Below, in pieces: positions 15,116 to 29,570 of a stretch of DNA of 64,000 nt. Positions within the stretch are counted from its first letter, which is position 1, and each line of letters starts with the position of its first letter. The notes under the pieces are model-generated. The model had not been told where the DNA came from and did not search any database. It saw only the letters and a list, made by a program, of their open reading frames with translations. The stretch lies in assembly GCA_012295275.1 (NCBI GenBank), contig CM022667.1:10664001-10728000 (forward strand). The letters run 5' to 3'. Origin of the DNA: Chrysomallon squamiferum (lineage: Eukaryota; Animalia; Mollusca). Both the position numbers and the translations under genes were made by a program.

Positions 15116-15619
15116 AGAGGCAGAACAAGATGTGGAGAAAAAGAGACAGACTGAAACTGAAACAGAAAGAAAGCAAGATGATCTTATTAGTATGTAAAAG
15201 ATGGATTGAGGGAAAGGAAGGGAAAAAGAGGCAAAAAGCTCTGCAAATTATTTACAGAATGATTTCCATGTGTATTAGGGTGTATATATGATAGTGACAC
15301 TTAAAGAAAGATCTGTATTAACACTGTTTTGTTTATTTGTTAGTATGTAATTATCAAGGTGATTTATTTTACCTGATAAACTTGATATTCATAAAATCAG
15401 ATTTTAATATGCTGTAAAAAGCATGTATGTGTGTATCTGTGTGTCTGTGTGTGTGTGTTTGAGCATGTACATATATGAAATATCAAACCATTACTGATAG
15501 TTAATACTGATACAAAACAAATTCTGAACAAAAATGTTCTTGCAGGAATAACAACTGATATTATGTATTTAAAATGTATGTTTCTGACATTTAGCTGGAA
15601 CAGAAAATAAAGGATTACA

Positions 15620-15790
15620 CTCCTCACCAGGGACTGATCCTGTTGTCCAGTCACAAGCCATATCACAACTTCAAACAGTAATTTTATCTCTGCTGGGGAC
15701 TGAACTTGTAGCCTATCACACCTCTAACACTGATCTTAGCCTCTACTGGGAATTGATCCCAGTGTCCTAAGTGCCTCACACAGTGGACTA
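15620..15790 (-). mobile_element. Possible degenerate tRNA-derived (SINE-like) B-box fragments, three tandem copies
   Basis: Minus strand GGATCAGTCCCTGG, GTTCAGTCCCCAG and GGGATCAATTCCCAG resemble the T-arm/B-box GGTTCRANNCC. Confidence 0.3.
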
Positions 15791-16593
15791 TTAACAGTGC
15801 TAAGTTACCTATTACTTCCTCTTTGAGAACGAGTTTTAATATTCGGATCAGTGCGAAACCTTCAGATATAAATTGGGTATTAGTTTCAAAGAAAGCATTA
15901 GCACATTTTTATAATATCCTTTCTGTCGCCTGTTGAGATTAGTGCTCCCATCTGCCTCTTCTGTATGAAGGTGTGAAAATTGATGTTTTCCGAAATGACG
16001 GAAGATAATGTTTGGATAGCTTCCATTCTTCGCTATGGATACGAGGAGAAATTGCCATCATGGGACGCGATAAAATACTTGCATCGACTCGTTTTCCTAA
16101 TCCGCCGAAAATCTCGTCTAGATTTATTTTTTTTGTTTCTTTTTTTTTTTTTCTTCTTTTTCTGCCTTCATATGAAGAATTATAATTTGTCGATAATGTT
16201 TTGAAATTGAGCAAATAGCATAAATGATGTCTGAAAAGATCTTTTTAGTGGGTTTTTTTTTTTTGAAATTTTCTTTTTTTATGATGGAAGGGGGATTTGT
16301 GTTTGTTCTGCAGATTAATGGGTCATAATGATTTTTTTTTTTTCCAAATAGTTCTGGAATCTTTTATGAAAAATTGGACATTATCCATGTCAGCCCATGC
16401 ACATTCGTTTCATTTCCAGCTTAGTGTGAACAGATTTATTCATAAACATTTACTGATTATTTTATGAGAAGACTGCAATAAAGCTGTTTTTCTTACACTC
16501 AGTTTGTGTAGAGTTTTTGGTTATGTCTGTTTTTAGCAGTGGACTAGGTGTTGATGTTGTTTAATATTGTTGTTGTTAATTGTTTGTTTTATG

Positions 16594-16595
<2 letters not shown>

Positions 16596-16628
<33 letters not shown>

Positions 16629-16990
16629 TACATATACACACACTCACAGTCACCACACACCTATATATACACTCACACACACTCACATACACCACACACA
16701 CCACACCTATATATATGTGTGTGTGTGGATGTGCTCTTCAAACATAAACACATACTCATACACAGATATATATGCATCTCACACACACACACACACATAC
16801 ATACACACCTACATACACTCACACACACACACACACAAACACCTATATGTGTGTGTGTGTGTTCTTCATACATATACTCTGATATAAGCACATCATATAC
16901 ATATGCTTACATATATACCTACATTTATACATATATTTATATATATATATTTATATATTAAACACACAGACATATATATATATATATATA
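16596..16990. repeat. Compound (CA)n/(TA)n/(TG)n tract with internal higher-order repeat
   Basis: CACCTATAT(AT)GTGTGTG...TCTTCA-ACATA occurs twice within CA runs. Confidence 0.85.
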
Positions 16991-18124
16991 TTAAATTACA
17001 TTTTCTCTCTCTTTCAAAAATATATTGAAATAACCACAAATCCCATCATCACCAAAAAAAACAACAAATTTATGAGTCACATTTTGTTTAATAATTCACT
17101 GTATGTCTAGTCCCCTGTATTTTATCTTAGAGCTCTTAATCTGTCATAATCACCACATCAATAAAATATTTAAAACTGAAAATATTTACATCTCCATCTG
17201 AGTTCATATTGCCATAATTTATCTTGCACCATCTCGTTCTGTATGCATCATTTATTTCCACATTTACAGCCATTCCGAGTTTATTAATTTAGTTCTGAAT
17301 AATCTCCCTTCTTTGAACTCTCTTTTGTTCTTTTATCCCTCCAATTATTTTTAATCTCAAAGTGCTGGACTGGATTCTCATAATACGTTTGCGTCTACGT
17401 CAAAATTTTTATGTTTTCGATGATGTTTTTCTGGTTTTTTTCTGGTTTTTTCTTTCTTTCGTGCTATGTTATGATCGCATGTTCCGATGCAGTATATTCC
17501 CGTCCATTTGTTTTATATCTCGTCTATGAACTGTTTATTAATGGACACAAATTTCTTATTATTTCCTGTGTGTGTTAGCCGAAGACATTTCCTTAAAAAG
17601 GTCAAAGGATGAACTGTGTGTTAATGTAGATGTATTGCAACATACAGGAAACATGATTTCATGACACTGTGGCCGATGTTAATGGAGTTTTAAAAAAAAA
17701 AAAAAAAGTAAAATCCCTTTTGTTTTGAATGTTTATAATTATTAGCAATAATATGTTGAAATAGATGCATTACTGAGTGATGGAAAATTGGTTTTACGAT
17801 CGTGGGGCACCATTAACAAAAATAAAACGAGATGTTATTATTGTAAAATTTATTTCTGTATAAGCAGAGAAGAGTTGTAGCATAAAGGAAAGCAATTCCT
17901 GACATGGAAAAAAAATACGAAGTAATTAAATAAAATGAATTAATTAAATAAACGAATCATGTAAAGAAATAAAATGGATATAAAAAAAACATTTCATGAC
18001 ACTAGATTCAGTACAAATAAATAAATAAATAAATAAACAAATAAATGAGTGAAAACCAAACAAATAGAAATAACAAAAAAAACATAATAATAATAATAAT
18101 AATAATATTAATAATAATTATTAT

Positions 18125-18125
<1 letters not shown>

Positions 18126-18169
<44 letters not shown>

Positions 18170-18362
18170 ATAAAAACTCAACATTTATAAATATATTTTT
18201 GTTTTTTGTTGGGTTTTCCAATATTATTAGCAATGTAACAGTATAAAAGATATATATAAATACATATATATCTTAAAATATAAGAGAAACTACATAATGA
18301 GAGAGAACGTGAGACAGAGAGGGAGAAAAAAAAGTTTCTTTTTACTAATTATTATTATTTTT
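18126..18362 (-). repeat. Right arm of long-range inverted duplication ((AG)n 18126-18166 + about 195 bp unique)
   Basis: Reverse complement aligns collinearly with 7844-8060, with a few indels. Confidence 0.9.
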
Positions 18363-20735
18363 CATCTTCATCTTCTTCATCATTGTTTTCTTCTTATCAT
18401 CATCATCACATCTTGTATCATATTAAAATATAACCGAAACGAACATTTCATGACTTTGGTACCCAGAAATAACAGAAAGCAAAGAAAAAAAATTTTTTTT
18501 TTTTAAATCTCAAAAATCTCATCGACTTCAAATTATTATAATTATTAGCCGAATGACAACAACCGTCTTCTTCAGAAGCCATCGATTGACCGTTATTACA
18601 GAAAGACAAAAACCTCTGGCTGATTTAAATTACTTTTATTTGCAATAATGCACTAAGCAGCAGTTAGAGAGACGATTTCTGCTCTTACTGTCATCTTCGT
18701 CAAAAACAATTTTTCTGCATTTCAAGCCGGCAGTCGTCTGCAGGCATTTTTCTTAATGTTGTCGGCAAAAGATGAAAAATGGGGCCATTTACGCGACTAT
18801 TATGGAAGTTTTTCATGCGATTAGAGGTAGGAATGGAAAGAGAGAGAGAGAAAGAAGAGGAGATTTGGTGATGTTCGATGATAAATCCCGTGTTTTTCTG
18901 ATTGATTGAAATGCAGTCCGCAGGGGAAGACCCCATATTTGATATGTTAGCGTCGTACCTGATGTCATTTCTCTTTGAAAATAAGCAATACGGCTTTTAT
19001 AATTTTGTATTTATCTTCTTTATATTTTTTTTTCTTTCTGTTTTATAGTTTTTCAGTCTTTCATTTGTTTCTTATTTCTATATATCTGTCGTTAAGTCGG
19101 TCAAGTTTGTTTTTCTTTCTTTCTTCCCACTTTATTATCTTCTTTCTTCCATTTTAATCTTGTTTTTTCTTTTGTTTATTCTTTTCTTCTTTCTATCCAT
19201 CTTTCTTAAAAAAAATTAAAATGGAATTGAGAATTAAATTATTTAATTACAAAAAAAGGAAGAACAAATTGTTGCTTTCATTTTAGCTTAACAGTTTTAT
19301 TTTAATAATGGATCCAATCCCAGCAAACGCTTTTTTCAACTACTGATCAAAATCATCATCATTATCATCATTTTTATGATAATGATTTTGTATACAGTGA
19401 TGATGAAAATGTTGCTGAAAGATAATTCTGAATTGTCATTTTGATTAAGATATAAACATCTTAATTATTATTACTGTCATTATTATTTTAATCATCATCA
19501 TCTTCACAGTTATTTTAATCATAAATTTAATAATCTCCATCATCATCATTGTCATCATCAGCTAGTGGGTTAAATAACATGTACAAGAATAAAAACAATA
19601 CAGTTTCTGTTTTGTTTAAATTTATGATGTCTGAAATTAAAAATGTCTGCTGTTTGGGAATGTCTGTGAATAATTTCATTTCTGTAACCCGTGAGAGTTA
19701 ATACATTATTGACTTTTGTCTACCATGCCAGAGACAACATATTAACATCCTCAGTTATCTCCCTTCGCAACGAGGACAAGATGAATTGTTTAATTTTGTG
19801 GACAGTAGTTGAACATGTTTTCTGATTTTTTAAATTTTTAAATCCAACAAATATGTGAAAAACAACCACAACAAAAATTCTTCATAATAATAATAATAAT
19901 AATAACAACAACAACAACAATAACAATAACATCTAAGTAACTAACTAAATAAATATATAAATAACAGATTTATTTGTTTTGCTACAGTGTTAATTTTAAA
20001 TGTTTGCAAGACCTTAAACATGTTTCTTAACATTAATAATAATAATAAATAAAATTAATTAACTAATTATTTAATTAATAATTAAACAAACAACACCTTC
20101 AGTTATCTCCCTTCAGAAAACTGTTCTAAGGTTTATAACCAAAACAATCTCGCTTTATCAAGACTTCTGTCTGGTAGCTGCCATTTGACAGGAAGTGATG
20201 TCAAGTCATACACAGCCAACCATCATCAGCGAGCATTATAAATAACTGACAGATGTCACTGGAATATGGGAATCTAATGAACTATTAAATTAAAGAATCT
20301 GTTTGAAAACAAGAAATCCTCGCGGAATGGAAAAAAGAAATAATATTATTGATCGCTACCATTTCGTTTGACATTTTGGATGTTCGCTCTGATATTTATT
20401 TTCATGATGGCCACTCAACTGGAAGAATATCATAAAGGGCAAGTAACATGAAAAATTACATCTGTCAAAAAATGTGTCAGGTTTTTGTAAATTTTTTCCT
20501 GATAAAAATGAGAAAAGTGAAAAAGAAAAAAAAAAGAAAATGGAGAAGTTAACAAGTTTGTGTCAAGGATGTTTTGTTGTGAATTTGTTAATTAAAAATG
20601 AAAAGAAAAAGAGTTTTTGTTTTGTATTCTTATATATTTTTTGTCTTTTTTTATTGCATTTGTTATTTTCATCATCATCATCATTATTATCATTATTGTT
20701 ATTATTATTGCTTACTGTTAATAATAATAATAATA

Positions 20736-20830
20736 ATAATCTTCTGAAAATTATAATTTTAGAAAATGTACTTATTTATTTACATAATAATCTTCTGAAA
20801 ATTTATAATTTAAAAACAAACTGTGTTTAT
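20736..20830. repeat. Short tandem duplication (about 50-bp unit x2)
   Basis: ATAATCTTCTGAAAATT(T)ATAATTT repeated. Confidence 0.8.
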
Positions 20831-21983
20831 TATTTACAACAATAAAAACAATAATCAGATTAATTTCAAATTCGAAGTATATATCTAATTTTTTTTTTTT
20901 AAGTACATCTTGTTAAAAATCAACTAAAAACACAGATTTATAACTGCAACAGAAAAAGAAGTATAAAATTTCAAAAATGTTATTTTTCTTGGATTTATTC
21001 TCTTTTTCAGTTTTTTTTTTTTTTTTTTTTAATTTCATCCCAGAATATGAAGTTGTGTTTATACAGCTGTATATGCTAGTTTATCTTTGGAATGGATGTG
21101 TGTGGTTTTGGTGAACAGTTTTTTTTCTTTTCTTTTCGTTTTGGTTCTTACTTTTCAGTTATTGCTAATAAAAACAGGGTCTAATGGTGAGGGAGGGAGG
21201 GTTTAGAGTTATTGCACCTGTCTGCTTTGTAATATAAGGAAGGGCGGGGTTAGGTGTGTGTATGTTTCTGTGTGTGTGTTTGTGTGGTGTGTATGTTACT
21301 GCATATTTTCTGTATGAATATAATATATGTTAGTAATGTATATGCGTGTTTAAATTAATGAAAGATTATTAGTTTTTATTTTTCTTTCTCTCTGTTTCTC
21401 TCTGACTTTGGCCATCTGTTTATATTTCTATGTATTTTTTTATCTATCTTTCTATCTGTGTATTAAATGTTTATATGTGTGTGTCTGTGTCTGTGTGTAT
21501 GTGCATTTGTCTATACATATATATCTTACTGCTATAAATCAAAATAAAATGCAAACAAAAGGAATTAAATTTCTCTCGATAAGTTTTCTAACCTAAAATT
21601 CAACTCTGACAGTAGGAGGGAGAGTGTTTCTTTTTATTTTGAAAATAATTTACAACAAGTCTTCATTTAAAATGACTAATGAATAATTCCATCAGGTGTT
21701 AAAAAAGAATTAAAAAAATATAAAAAATAAAACCCTATTAAGTGCAAGGCGTACGTGTTCAGATGATATAAATTATCAAAATACAGCTTATAACGTCTTT
21801 GCATGTGTGTAATAATTCTTGTTATCACATTATCCCCTCATTGATTATCTTATAAAACCTCCAGAAAGACTGCACAGAACTCAAAAAGAGAATAACAAGA
21901 GAAAGATTTACGACATGGATTTATTTTTTATTTTTTCCTTTTCTTCTCTCTTTTTCTTTTTTTTCTTTCTTCTTTCCCCCAGA

Positions 21984-22014
<31 letters not shown>

Positions 22015-23639
22015 CTTCTTAAAACATTCATAATTATCCATTCTATGAACATAAGCCTCTTTTAGCAGTCTCGCTTCCCCTTAAAACATGCCGAGATGTA
22101 AATAAATGAAAAAAAAAAATGAAACAAATAAAGAAAAAAAAAACACAAAAAAAAACAACGAAAAAATGATTGTTTTACAATTTGCCCCATCGCGAAAACC
22201 ATTTCAGCTTGAAGATGATCATTTTGACCCCGAAGTGCAGTCGAGAAGGAGCCCGATGACATTGATAAGGAGACCTTGTGACATATCTATTAGTTAGCAC
22301 ATGTTAGGAGCAATATCAGACGTCATTATTGCCGTCAACCTCTTTGTTGTCACACGCTCTGTTGCCACGGTTATTGATTTTCCATCACCATCACTGTTTC
22401 CATTCTTAAGAAATTTTTGCCTAATATTTGAGACGGGCAAATTTCATTTTCACTCGCTCGCCTGCATGTCAAACAAGATTATTAAATGTAATTCATATGT
22501 TTCAGTAGCGCCGCGAATCAGCAGTGGCCGATGTAATGTACTTGGCGTGCGATGCTGTGCGCATTGAGATGCTGTACGCGACGATGCTTAGGCTGCCAGT
22601 AATGTAATTATTGACGCACAAAAATAAAATTGGGTTAATATCTTGTGAACTTACAGTGTGGCTATGAAAATAATGCCATAACTAGCAGTGTTTTCTGAGA
22701 CTGGGGTTTTCTGGAGGGATTTATAGCTAATATAGCTTGATGGGGGGGAACTTTTTTGTTTTTTTTCAGTGAGAAGTGGGGAAGAAAGTTTGGATGGAGT
22801 TGGTGTGGAGAGTTTGTTTTGTAGAAGATTGGTGGAGTATGTGGTTTTAGGTGTACAGGATAAGTTTGTAGATAGACAGTTGATTGGGGAGATATTTTAT
22901 GAATAATGATCTGCAGCATCTGATAAAACTAATTAAGATAATTAAATTTATTTTTTGTTTGTTTTGTTTGTTAATTTCTTTCTTTATTTCATTTATTTAT
23001 TTATTTTTTCTTACTTATTTATTTTATTTTACTTTATTTCATTTATTTATTTATTTATTTACTTACTAACTTAACAAATTAATAGCTTAATATATGTTTT
23101 ATTTATGTATACCTGTGATTGTAAACATTGTGTATGTGTAAATAAATGAAAGAGGTGGATGTATGTTTGTATGTATCAGAAACAACTCTTAGTTCAGTGG
23201 TTAGACAGGTGGTACTAGGCTTCACATATCTCATTCATTTTCAAAGTAAAGTGATTGTTTTTTTTTGTGTGTGTGTTTGTTTTTGTTTCCCAAGACAAAT
23301 GTGACCCATCACATCAAATCAAGTCTTAAGTCTCATGTTCTAATATTGACTTTTAGGCAACAAAAGGGAAGTGATAAAAGAATTTTGATTTTGATATTTT
23401 ATTAAAAATGGGTTTATATCTATGTTCTGTCTTATTTCTTTGATGAAACTGAAAGATATTAATCCTAAGGTGTGTTTTAGACCCTTTTTTGGATGAACAC
23501 TGTTATTTGCAGGGTGAAAAAGCCCTTTCAGTTGGTCTGGACATATCTGGCCACAACTCTGGAAATAAACATGATACAAGGATGAATGGGTATCAGATTG
23601 AAGCTTGTAGAATCATCTTCATCTGAAAATATTCAATCA

Positions 23640-24240
23640 TAAGCCTTAAGAGCTGTTTTGTCATAATTTATCCTTGTAATGTTGATTAAACTTATTAACT
23701 AAATTTCAGAGTTATTAAACTGTCACAGTATTTTGGTTAAATCATATTTTTACAACATTTATTATTTTTAATTTCAAACTTCAAGAGCAGTTATATCATT
23801 ATGGCTGTTGCATTAAAATATTTAAATTACTTGATGATAAAGAGAGGTTATGGAATAATCTTTTTTTCAACATTTTTTATTTTTAATTTAAAGTTCAAGA
23901 GCCATTTTTCTCTGAATTTTCCATTTTTAGGAATATTTAAAAAAGTTACTTGACTATCACCAAAAATCATAAAATAATCCATTTTTTTACATTTATAATT
24001 TTTAATCTGAAACTTAAAGAACCATTTCTCTCTTTATTTCGCAGAATTAGGAATATTTTAAATATTACTCAACAAATCTGGACAGATTATTAAATAATCC
24101 ACACATGACATTTTTTTTTCTCAAACTACAAGATCCATTTTATCTCTCTGACATCTTCCACAATTACAAACATTTATAAAAATTACGATCAAGACAGATT
24201 ATCAAATAATCCACGTCTCGACATTTATTAATTTTAATAT
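23640..24240. repeat. Degenerate tandem repeat, about 115-120 bp unit x about 5
   Basis: Periodic (TC)AAGAGCC(ATTT), TTAGGAATATTT and AAATAATCC(A) cores (AATAATC near 23853, 23973, 24093 and 24205). Confidence 0.75.
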
Positions 24241-24249
24241 CCCTGTAAA

Positions 24250-24650
24250 AGACCCTCGAACTTGCCCTCTGCCTGCGTGTGTTGACCGGAATTATGATCG
24301 TGTCGCCATTTTGTGTTCACTTGTCGAATCTCCAGATTTGATTAATACGAGAGATATTTGTCACCAATATCATACGAGCCCTGTTCGCATATTGATCATA
24401 TCTCGACTTCATCTCTCGCACGAGGCCTGACGAGACTAATATTCATAGATTTGATTGAGAGGCAGAAAATGTGCCATGAGATGAGGGTTAAGTGCCATCT
24501 TGAAGCAATCTTAAGTGTGAATATTATGATTTATAGCCAGCTACGAGAGTTAAGACAGACCTCTCATATCCATTTTTTTTTTTTTCTTTTTTTTTTCGCC
24601 GTCTCTAGGGGTTCGATGTTGCTGTCAGTTTTAACGCCGTTGTAACTAAA
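24250..24650. promoter_or_regulatory. CpG-rich island with YY1/PHO-type sites
   Basis: CGCCATTTT 24304-24312, GCCATCTTG 24494-24502, ETS-like CCGGAA about 24286, many CpGs. Confidence 0.35.
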
Positions 24651-25384
24651 AGCTTAGGTTTGAATGATGACAGTCGCACTGTAAGTGTTGTCTGATAACT
24701 GTAAATATGACTGAAGGATTCGAAGATCGGGCCGGATTAAAGGATTATCCTGTTAGCATCGGGAGAGATTAGTTAATAGATCGATCAAATAGTGAAATAT
24801 GAGTGTAATGTCTGTTAATGGGTTTAAGAGAGTGTGTGAAATGTTTTGTTTGTTTGTTTGATCATTTGTTTGTTTGTTTGTTTGTTTGTTTGTTTGTTTA
24901 TTTACTTATTGGTTTTGTGTTTTGTTTACATATTTATTTTATTAACTTATTTTCTTACTTGTTTATTTATTTATTTATTTGTTTGTTTATTTATTCATTT
25001 ACTTTTCAGTTTATTTATTTATTTAATTATATATTTATTTATTTTATTTTATTTGTTTATTAATATCAGTTTTTTTCATTTTTCATTTTTTCATTAGTTT
25101 GTTTGTGTTTGTACAGATTTACTTATTAATATAAGTTTGATGAAGAAGAATATCTTGTCTTGTATCTGTGGGTGTTAATAAGTAAATTCATCTCAGTAAA
25201 GTCACTTTGTTCAGCTTATTATTTCCTAATTCTATTGCTACCAAATGTTTCTTTATTTCCTTCAAAAAAAATACTTTAATGATCACAGTAGTATTTTTGA
25301 TGAATTTATAAATTTAAAATGCTCAGATAATTGTACATTGAATAGTGAAGTTGTTGATGTTTTTATTAATTCATTCATTCATTC

Positions 25385-25590
25385 AATGATTTATTATTAT
25401 TATTATTATTATTATTGTTATTGTTATTGTTATTGTTGTTCTTTTTATATTTATATTATTTTCATTATTATTGTTGTTATTATTACTATCATTATTATTA
25501 TAATTATAATCATTGTTATTATTATTATAATAACTGTTATTATGATTGTTATTATTATTATAATTGTTATTATTACTGTTATTATTATTG

Positions 25591-25627
<37 letters not shown>

Positions 25628-25645
25628 TGCTATTGCTATTATTTA
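25385..25645. repeat. Degenerate (ATT)n/(GTT)n trinucleotide tract
   Basis: Source of the poly-I and poly-Y ORFs. Confidence 0.92.
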
Positions 25646-26073
25646 ATAATTTTTTCCCAATCTAACCAATCTGCAGATGAAAATGTCATCAATTTTCCAG
25701 TTGTAGCTCCCAGGAGAGGTGAAGTTGTCAAATTTTCTCTCAAATTCTGTTATTTTCTCGTCATAAAATGATTCTGCATTTCTGGAAATTTTTGAAATTT
25801 GATAAATCTCTAATATTTCTCGCTATTATATTCACATTACGCTGTGACATCTGGCTCTCAGTGGATTATGTTTTATCCATTTTTGATGAGAATTTCAGAA
25901 AAGATGTCTTGAGACAATATTATATGCTCGTCAAGATTTTATTTTATTTAATAATTATATTTCTGTTGACTGGTTTTTATGAAAAGAGAACATGACATGT
26001 CTTTGTTCTGCTGGGGTTTTTTTTTTTATATTTTTTTTTTCTGGGAATATTATTTTTTACATTGATTCAGTGA

Positions 26074-26076
<3 letters not shown>

Positions 26077-26147
<71 letters not shown>

Positions 26148-26163
26148 CATACATATACACATG

Positions 26164-26211
<48 letters not shown>

Positions 26212-26228
26212 CACATACACACACACTT
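26077..26228. repeat. Compound (CT)n-(CA)n microsatellite
   Basis: CT run followed by a CA run. Confidence 0.95.
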
Positions 26229-28289
26229 ACAAATGAACAGACTATGAATCACAAATTTCATCTGTTAAAGTGATTGACTTTTACCAGGATTAGGTCTGTT
26301 AAAGTAACTGGAGTGTTGAAATGTTTATGAAATGTTGATGGAAAACAAGTCACATGACTACATCATTCCTCTTAACACAGTCTGTAAAATGTCCACCATC
26401 TTGTTTTTTTTTATGTTTAAATATCTAAACAGTTAAATTTCATGTCCCAGTTACAAAATACTATTTATTTGTCTTTTTATTTATTTATTTATTTATTTAC
26501 GTATTTATTTTTTATTACTATTATTTTTATTTATTTATTATTATATTTTTATTTTTTATTTGAGGGGTTAGTTTTTTTTAGTTTTTTTTAGTTACTGCTT
26601 TTTTTTTAATATTTATTTTTGTATATATTTATTTGTTTATTTATTTATCATATAGATAGATAGATAGGTGGATGGACAGACAGACTGAGAGGCAGTCAGT
26701 CAGACAGACAGATAGATAGACTGATTTATGAATTGATTCATAGACAGGACAGAATATTTAAGAAAAAATAAATTTTAAAATATTACAGATACTTTACTCA
26801 CACAGAGATATATCATATAATATCAGGAAATTATTATAAAAGCAAAAATAAAAATAAATAAATAATAAATAATAATAAATAAATAAAATTAAGCAAATGA
26901 TTTAAAAATAGCAAAAATCATCAATCTTTTGTTGAAGTTGAATTTTTAATTTATTAATTTTAAAGATTTTTTAAATTCTTTTTTTCTTCATAGTGTAAAA
27001 GTCATGTTATTGTATCTCAATAACAATATTTTTAAAATTTATTATAATAATTATTATTACAATTTCTTTACTGTTATAGTCTTTCTTTTTCTTCATCATT
27101 CTCTCTTTCATCTTCCCTCTCTCTTCGTTTTTCTCTTTTTCTTCATCCTTATCTGTCTTTCTTTATCCTTCTTTCTTTCTTTCTTCATCCTTCTGGCTCG
27201 TTTTCTTAATTTTTCTTTATCATTATCTCTCTTCCTTCATCCTTTCCTCTCCCTTTCTTTGTCCTACTGTCCTTTTCTTTTTTCCAATTTTTCGCAGGTT
27301 TTGAAAAAGACGAAATTTTCCCATCAATTTTTGTCAGGCTTCGTCTATGAATAGTTAATATGTAATCAAAACAAGAAGGCAACCACTGTCACTTTCCTGA
27401 TCTTCGAGTTTTATCATAACAGGAGATAAATAGTCCCAAATATCCGTCATCTATCAAAGATGTCAGACCTCGAGAAGCAAGGAGATCTTCTTGTTAAGTA
27501 GCCAGTAATTGCACAAAGTCTTTCATTATTTTATGAAATTTTAGACGAGTGCCATATTGGAGGTCGATCTTTTTCTCTTCTTTTTCTCTGTTTTTCTTTT
27601 TTTTTTGGGGGGGGGGGGTTTGTGTGAAATCCTGCCTTTGATGGTGTTGTTTGTGAGAGAACAAAACATTAAATAATGAAAAAAAAAAAAAAAAATGAGG
27701 AAGCAAAAAAAAAGAAAGAAATTTATGAAAGAAAAAGAAAAATGAAAAAAGCAGATGGTAATTTCAGTTATCTTGTCAAATGATAAAACAATTTATGGGT
27801 CGAGTTGTGACAGAGAAATTGAAATATTATTAAAGGAAGTTGGGTTTTTTTTGTGTTAAAAGCTTTTGTTTGTTTATTGTATGAAGTCAATCAGTTTATG
27901 ATTTATTGATAGCAGTTGAACTGAGGGAAAAGATTTGATCATTTCTTTTTTTGTCTTTTCATTTTCTTTTGATCCCCTTTGGTTATATTTTCTTTCTTTC
28001 TTTCTTTCTTTCTTTGTTTCCATCTTTCATTTCCTTGAAAATATTGTCAGTTATTGAAATAATGTTATTGAAAACGTATTTCCTTAAATGTTTCAGTTTT
28101 GTTATATGTTTTATTTTATTATTTTTATTAATGTTTATTTATTTATTTATTTATTCATTATTACTATTATTACTGTTATTCATACTTAAATATTTTTTTT
28201 GTCTTGGTGGAAACATAAAGAAATATTTCTTTCTTTTTATTTATCTATTCCATCTTCTCTACTTTCTTTTAATATACTCTTATAATAAT

Positions 28290-28840
28290 TGAAATAACTA
28301 TTATCAATTACTTTTATAAATAGCAAAATCAATTATCATTAATTATAATCAGTAAATTAAATAAGTAAAAATCAGTGCACTTCTAAATAAACTCATCTTC
28401 ATTAATATCTGTTTTATTAAGTAAAATCATTATCATTAATTACTGTTTTATTAAGTAAAATCATCATCATTAATTACTGTTTTAGTAAGTAAAATCATTA
28501 TCATTAATTACCTATTTATTAAATAAAATCATTAAATACTCTAAAAATAAAGACATTAAATTAAGTCAATAGTTAATCTTGTAATATTACTCTTGCAATA
28601 AATAAATATCTTCATTATCATTAATTATTCTTATAATATGTAATTAAATAAACGAAAATTAAAAATAATTTTAAATAAACCATTGTCATTCATTATAGGT
28701 AAAGTCATTGTCGTTCGTTGTACTTATTATAAGTAAAATCGTTATCATTAATTACACTTATCAGTAAAATCATCATCATTAATCACACTTATTATAAGTA
28801 AAAATCATCATCATTAACTATTCTTACAATAAGTAAATGA
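28290..28840. repeat. Minisatellite, about 28-30 bp unit (AAGTAAAATCATTATCATTAATTACTGTTT consensus)
   Basis: Clear copies at 28418-28510 and 28730-28835, degenerate in between. Confidence 0.85.
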
Positions 28841-29532
28841 GCAAATAAGATATATTACAGCCATTAATAACCTGGATTTCACCACTGTTGTTTGTAAATT
28901 CCATCTCATCGGACTCGGAGAAGCTTTAGAAATGTTTCTCATACGACAGCATTGACGGCTAATTTATATCAGAAATATTCTGTCTCGCAGACTGCATTCC
29001 CGCTGTTCTCCGTTATTAGGAATTATTATCAATTTAGCCATAAATGTAATCTTTTTCAATATCGCTGAATATCACACAGCAGGCAATTATGGTCTTACGC
29101 CTAACTCTTTTACAAAAAAAAAAAAAAAAAAAAAAAAAAGGAACTAATAAAAGACGTATTTAATGCACGGTACCAAATTGGTAATAATTCAAAATTATAC
29201 ATACGTGTATTTATATATATATATATATATATATTAATTTATTTAATTTGTTTTTTTAGCACTTGACATTTCAGTTATTATATTGCACACCGCTAACTCT
29301 GTGAGTGTTTTGAATTTTTGAATTCTGCTCTTCAAAACAGTGGGTGGGGGGGCAAAAGAAAATATCATTTAGGAAAGATTTAATTGTGTTTCTTTTAGTC
29401 TGTCGCAGCTGTGTTATTTCATAGTAAATTAATTATGTTCCGAGACACGATGTCATTTTATTTCTTCTCGTCTTCGTTGATACGTTTTCATTACCAGTGG
29501 CCTACTTAAACGTGGCATTCAGTTTGAAAAGG

Positions 29533-29570
29533 TGGATGGATGGATGGATGGATGGATGGATGGATGGATG
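29533..29570. repeat. (GGAT)n microsatellite
   Basis: About 9 units. Confidence 0.9.

Noticed and set aside
19318-19660. CCCAGCAAAC...GCTGTTTGGG as possible MITE termini
   Set aside because: The two ends are not true reverse complements, and there is no target-site duplication
27270-27354. Strong acceptor TTTTTCGCAG after a long pyrimidine tract
   Set aside because: No convincing donor or meaningful reading frame follows
28290-28840. About 30-bp periodic repeats resembling a CRISPR array
   Set aside because: Head-to-tail degenerate minisatellite without unique spacers, in eukaryotic DNA with no cas genes
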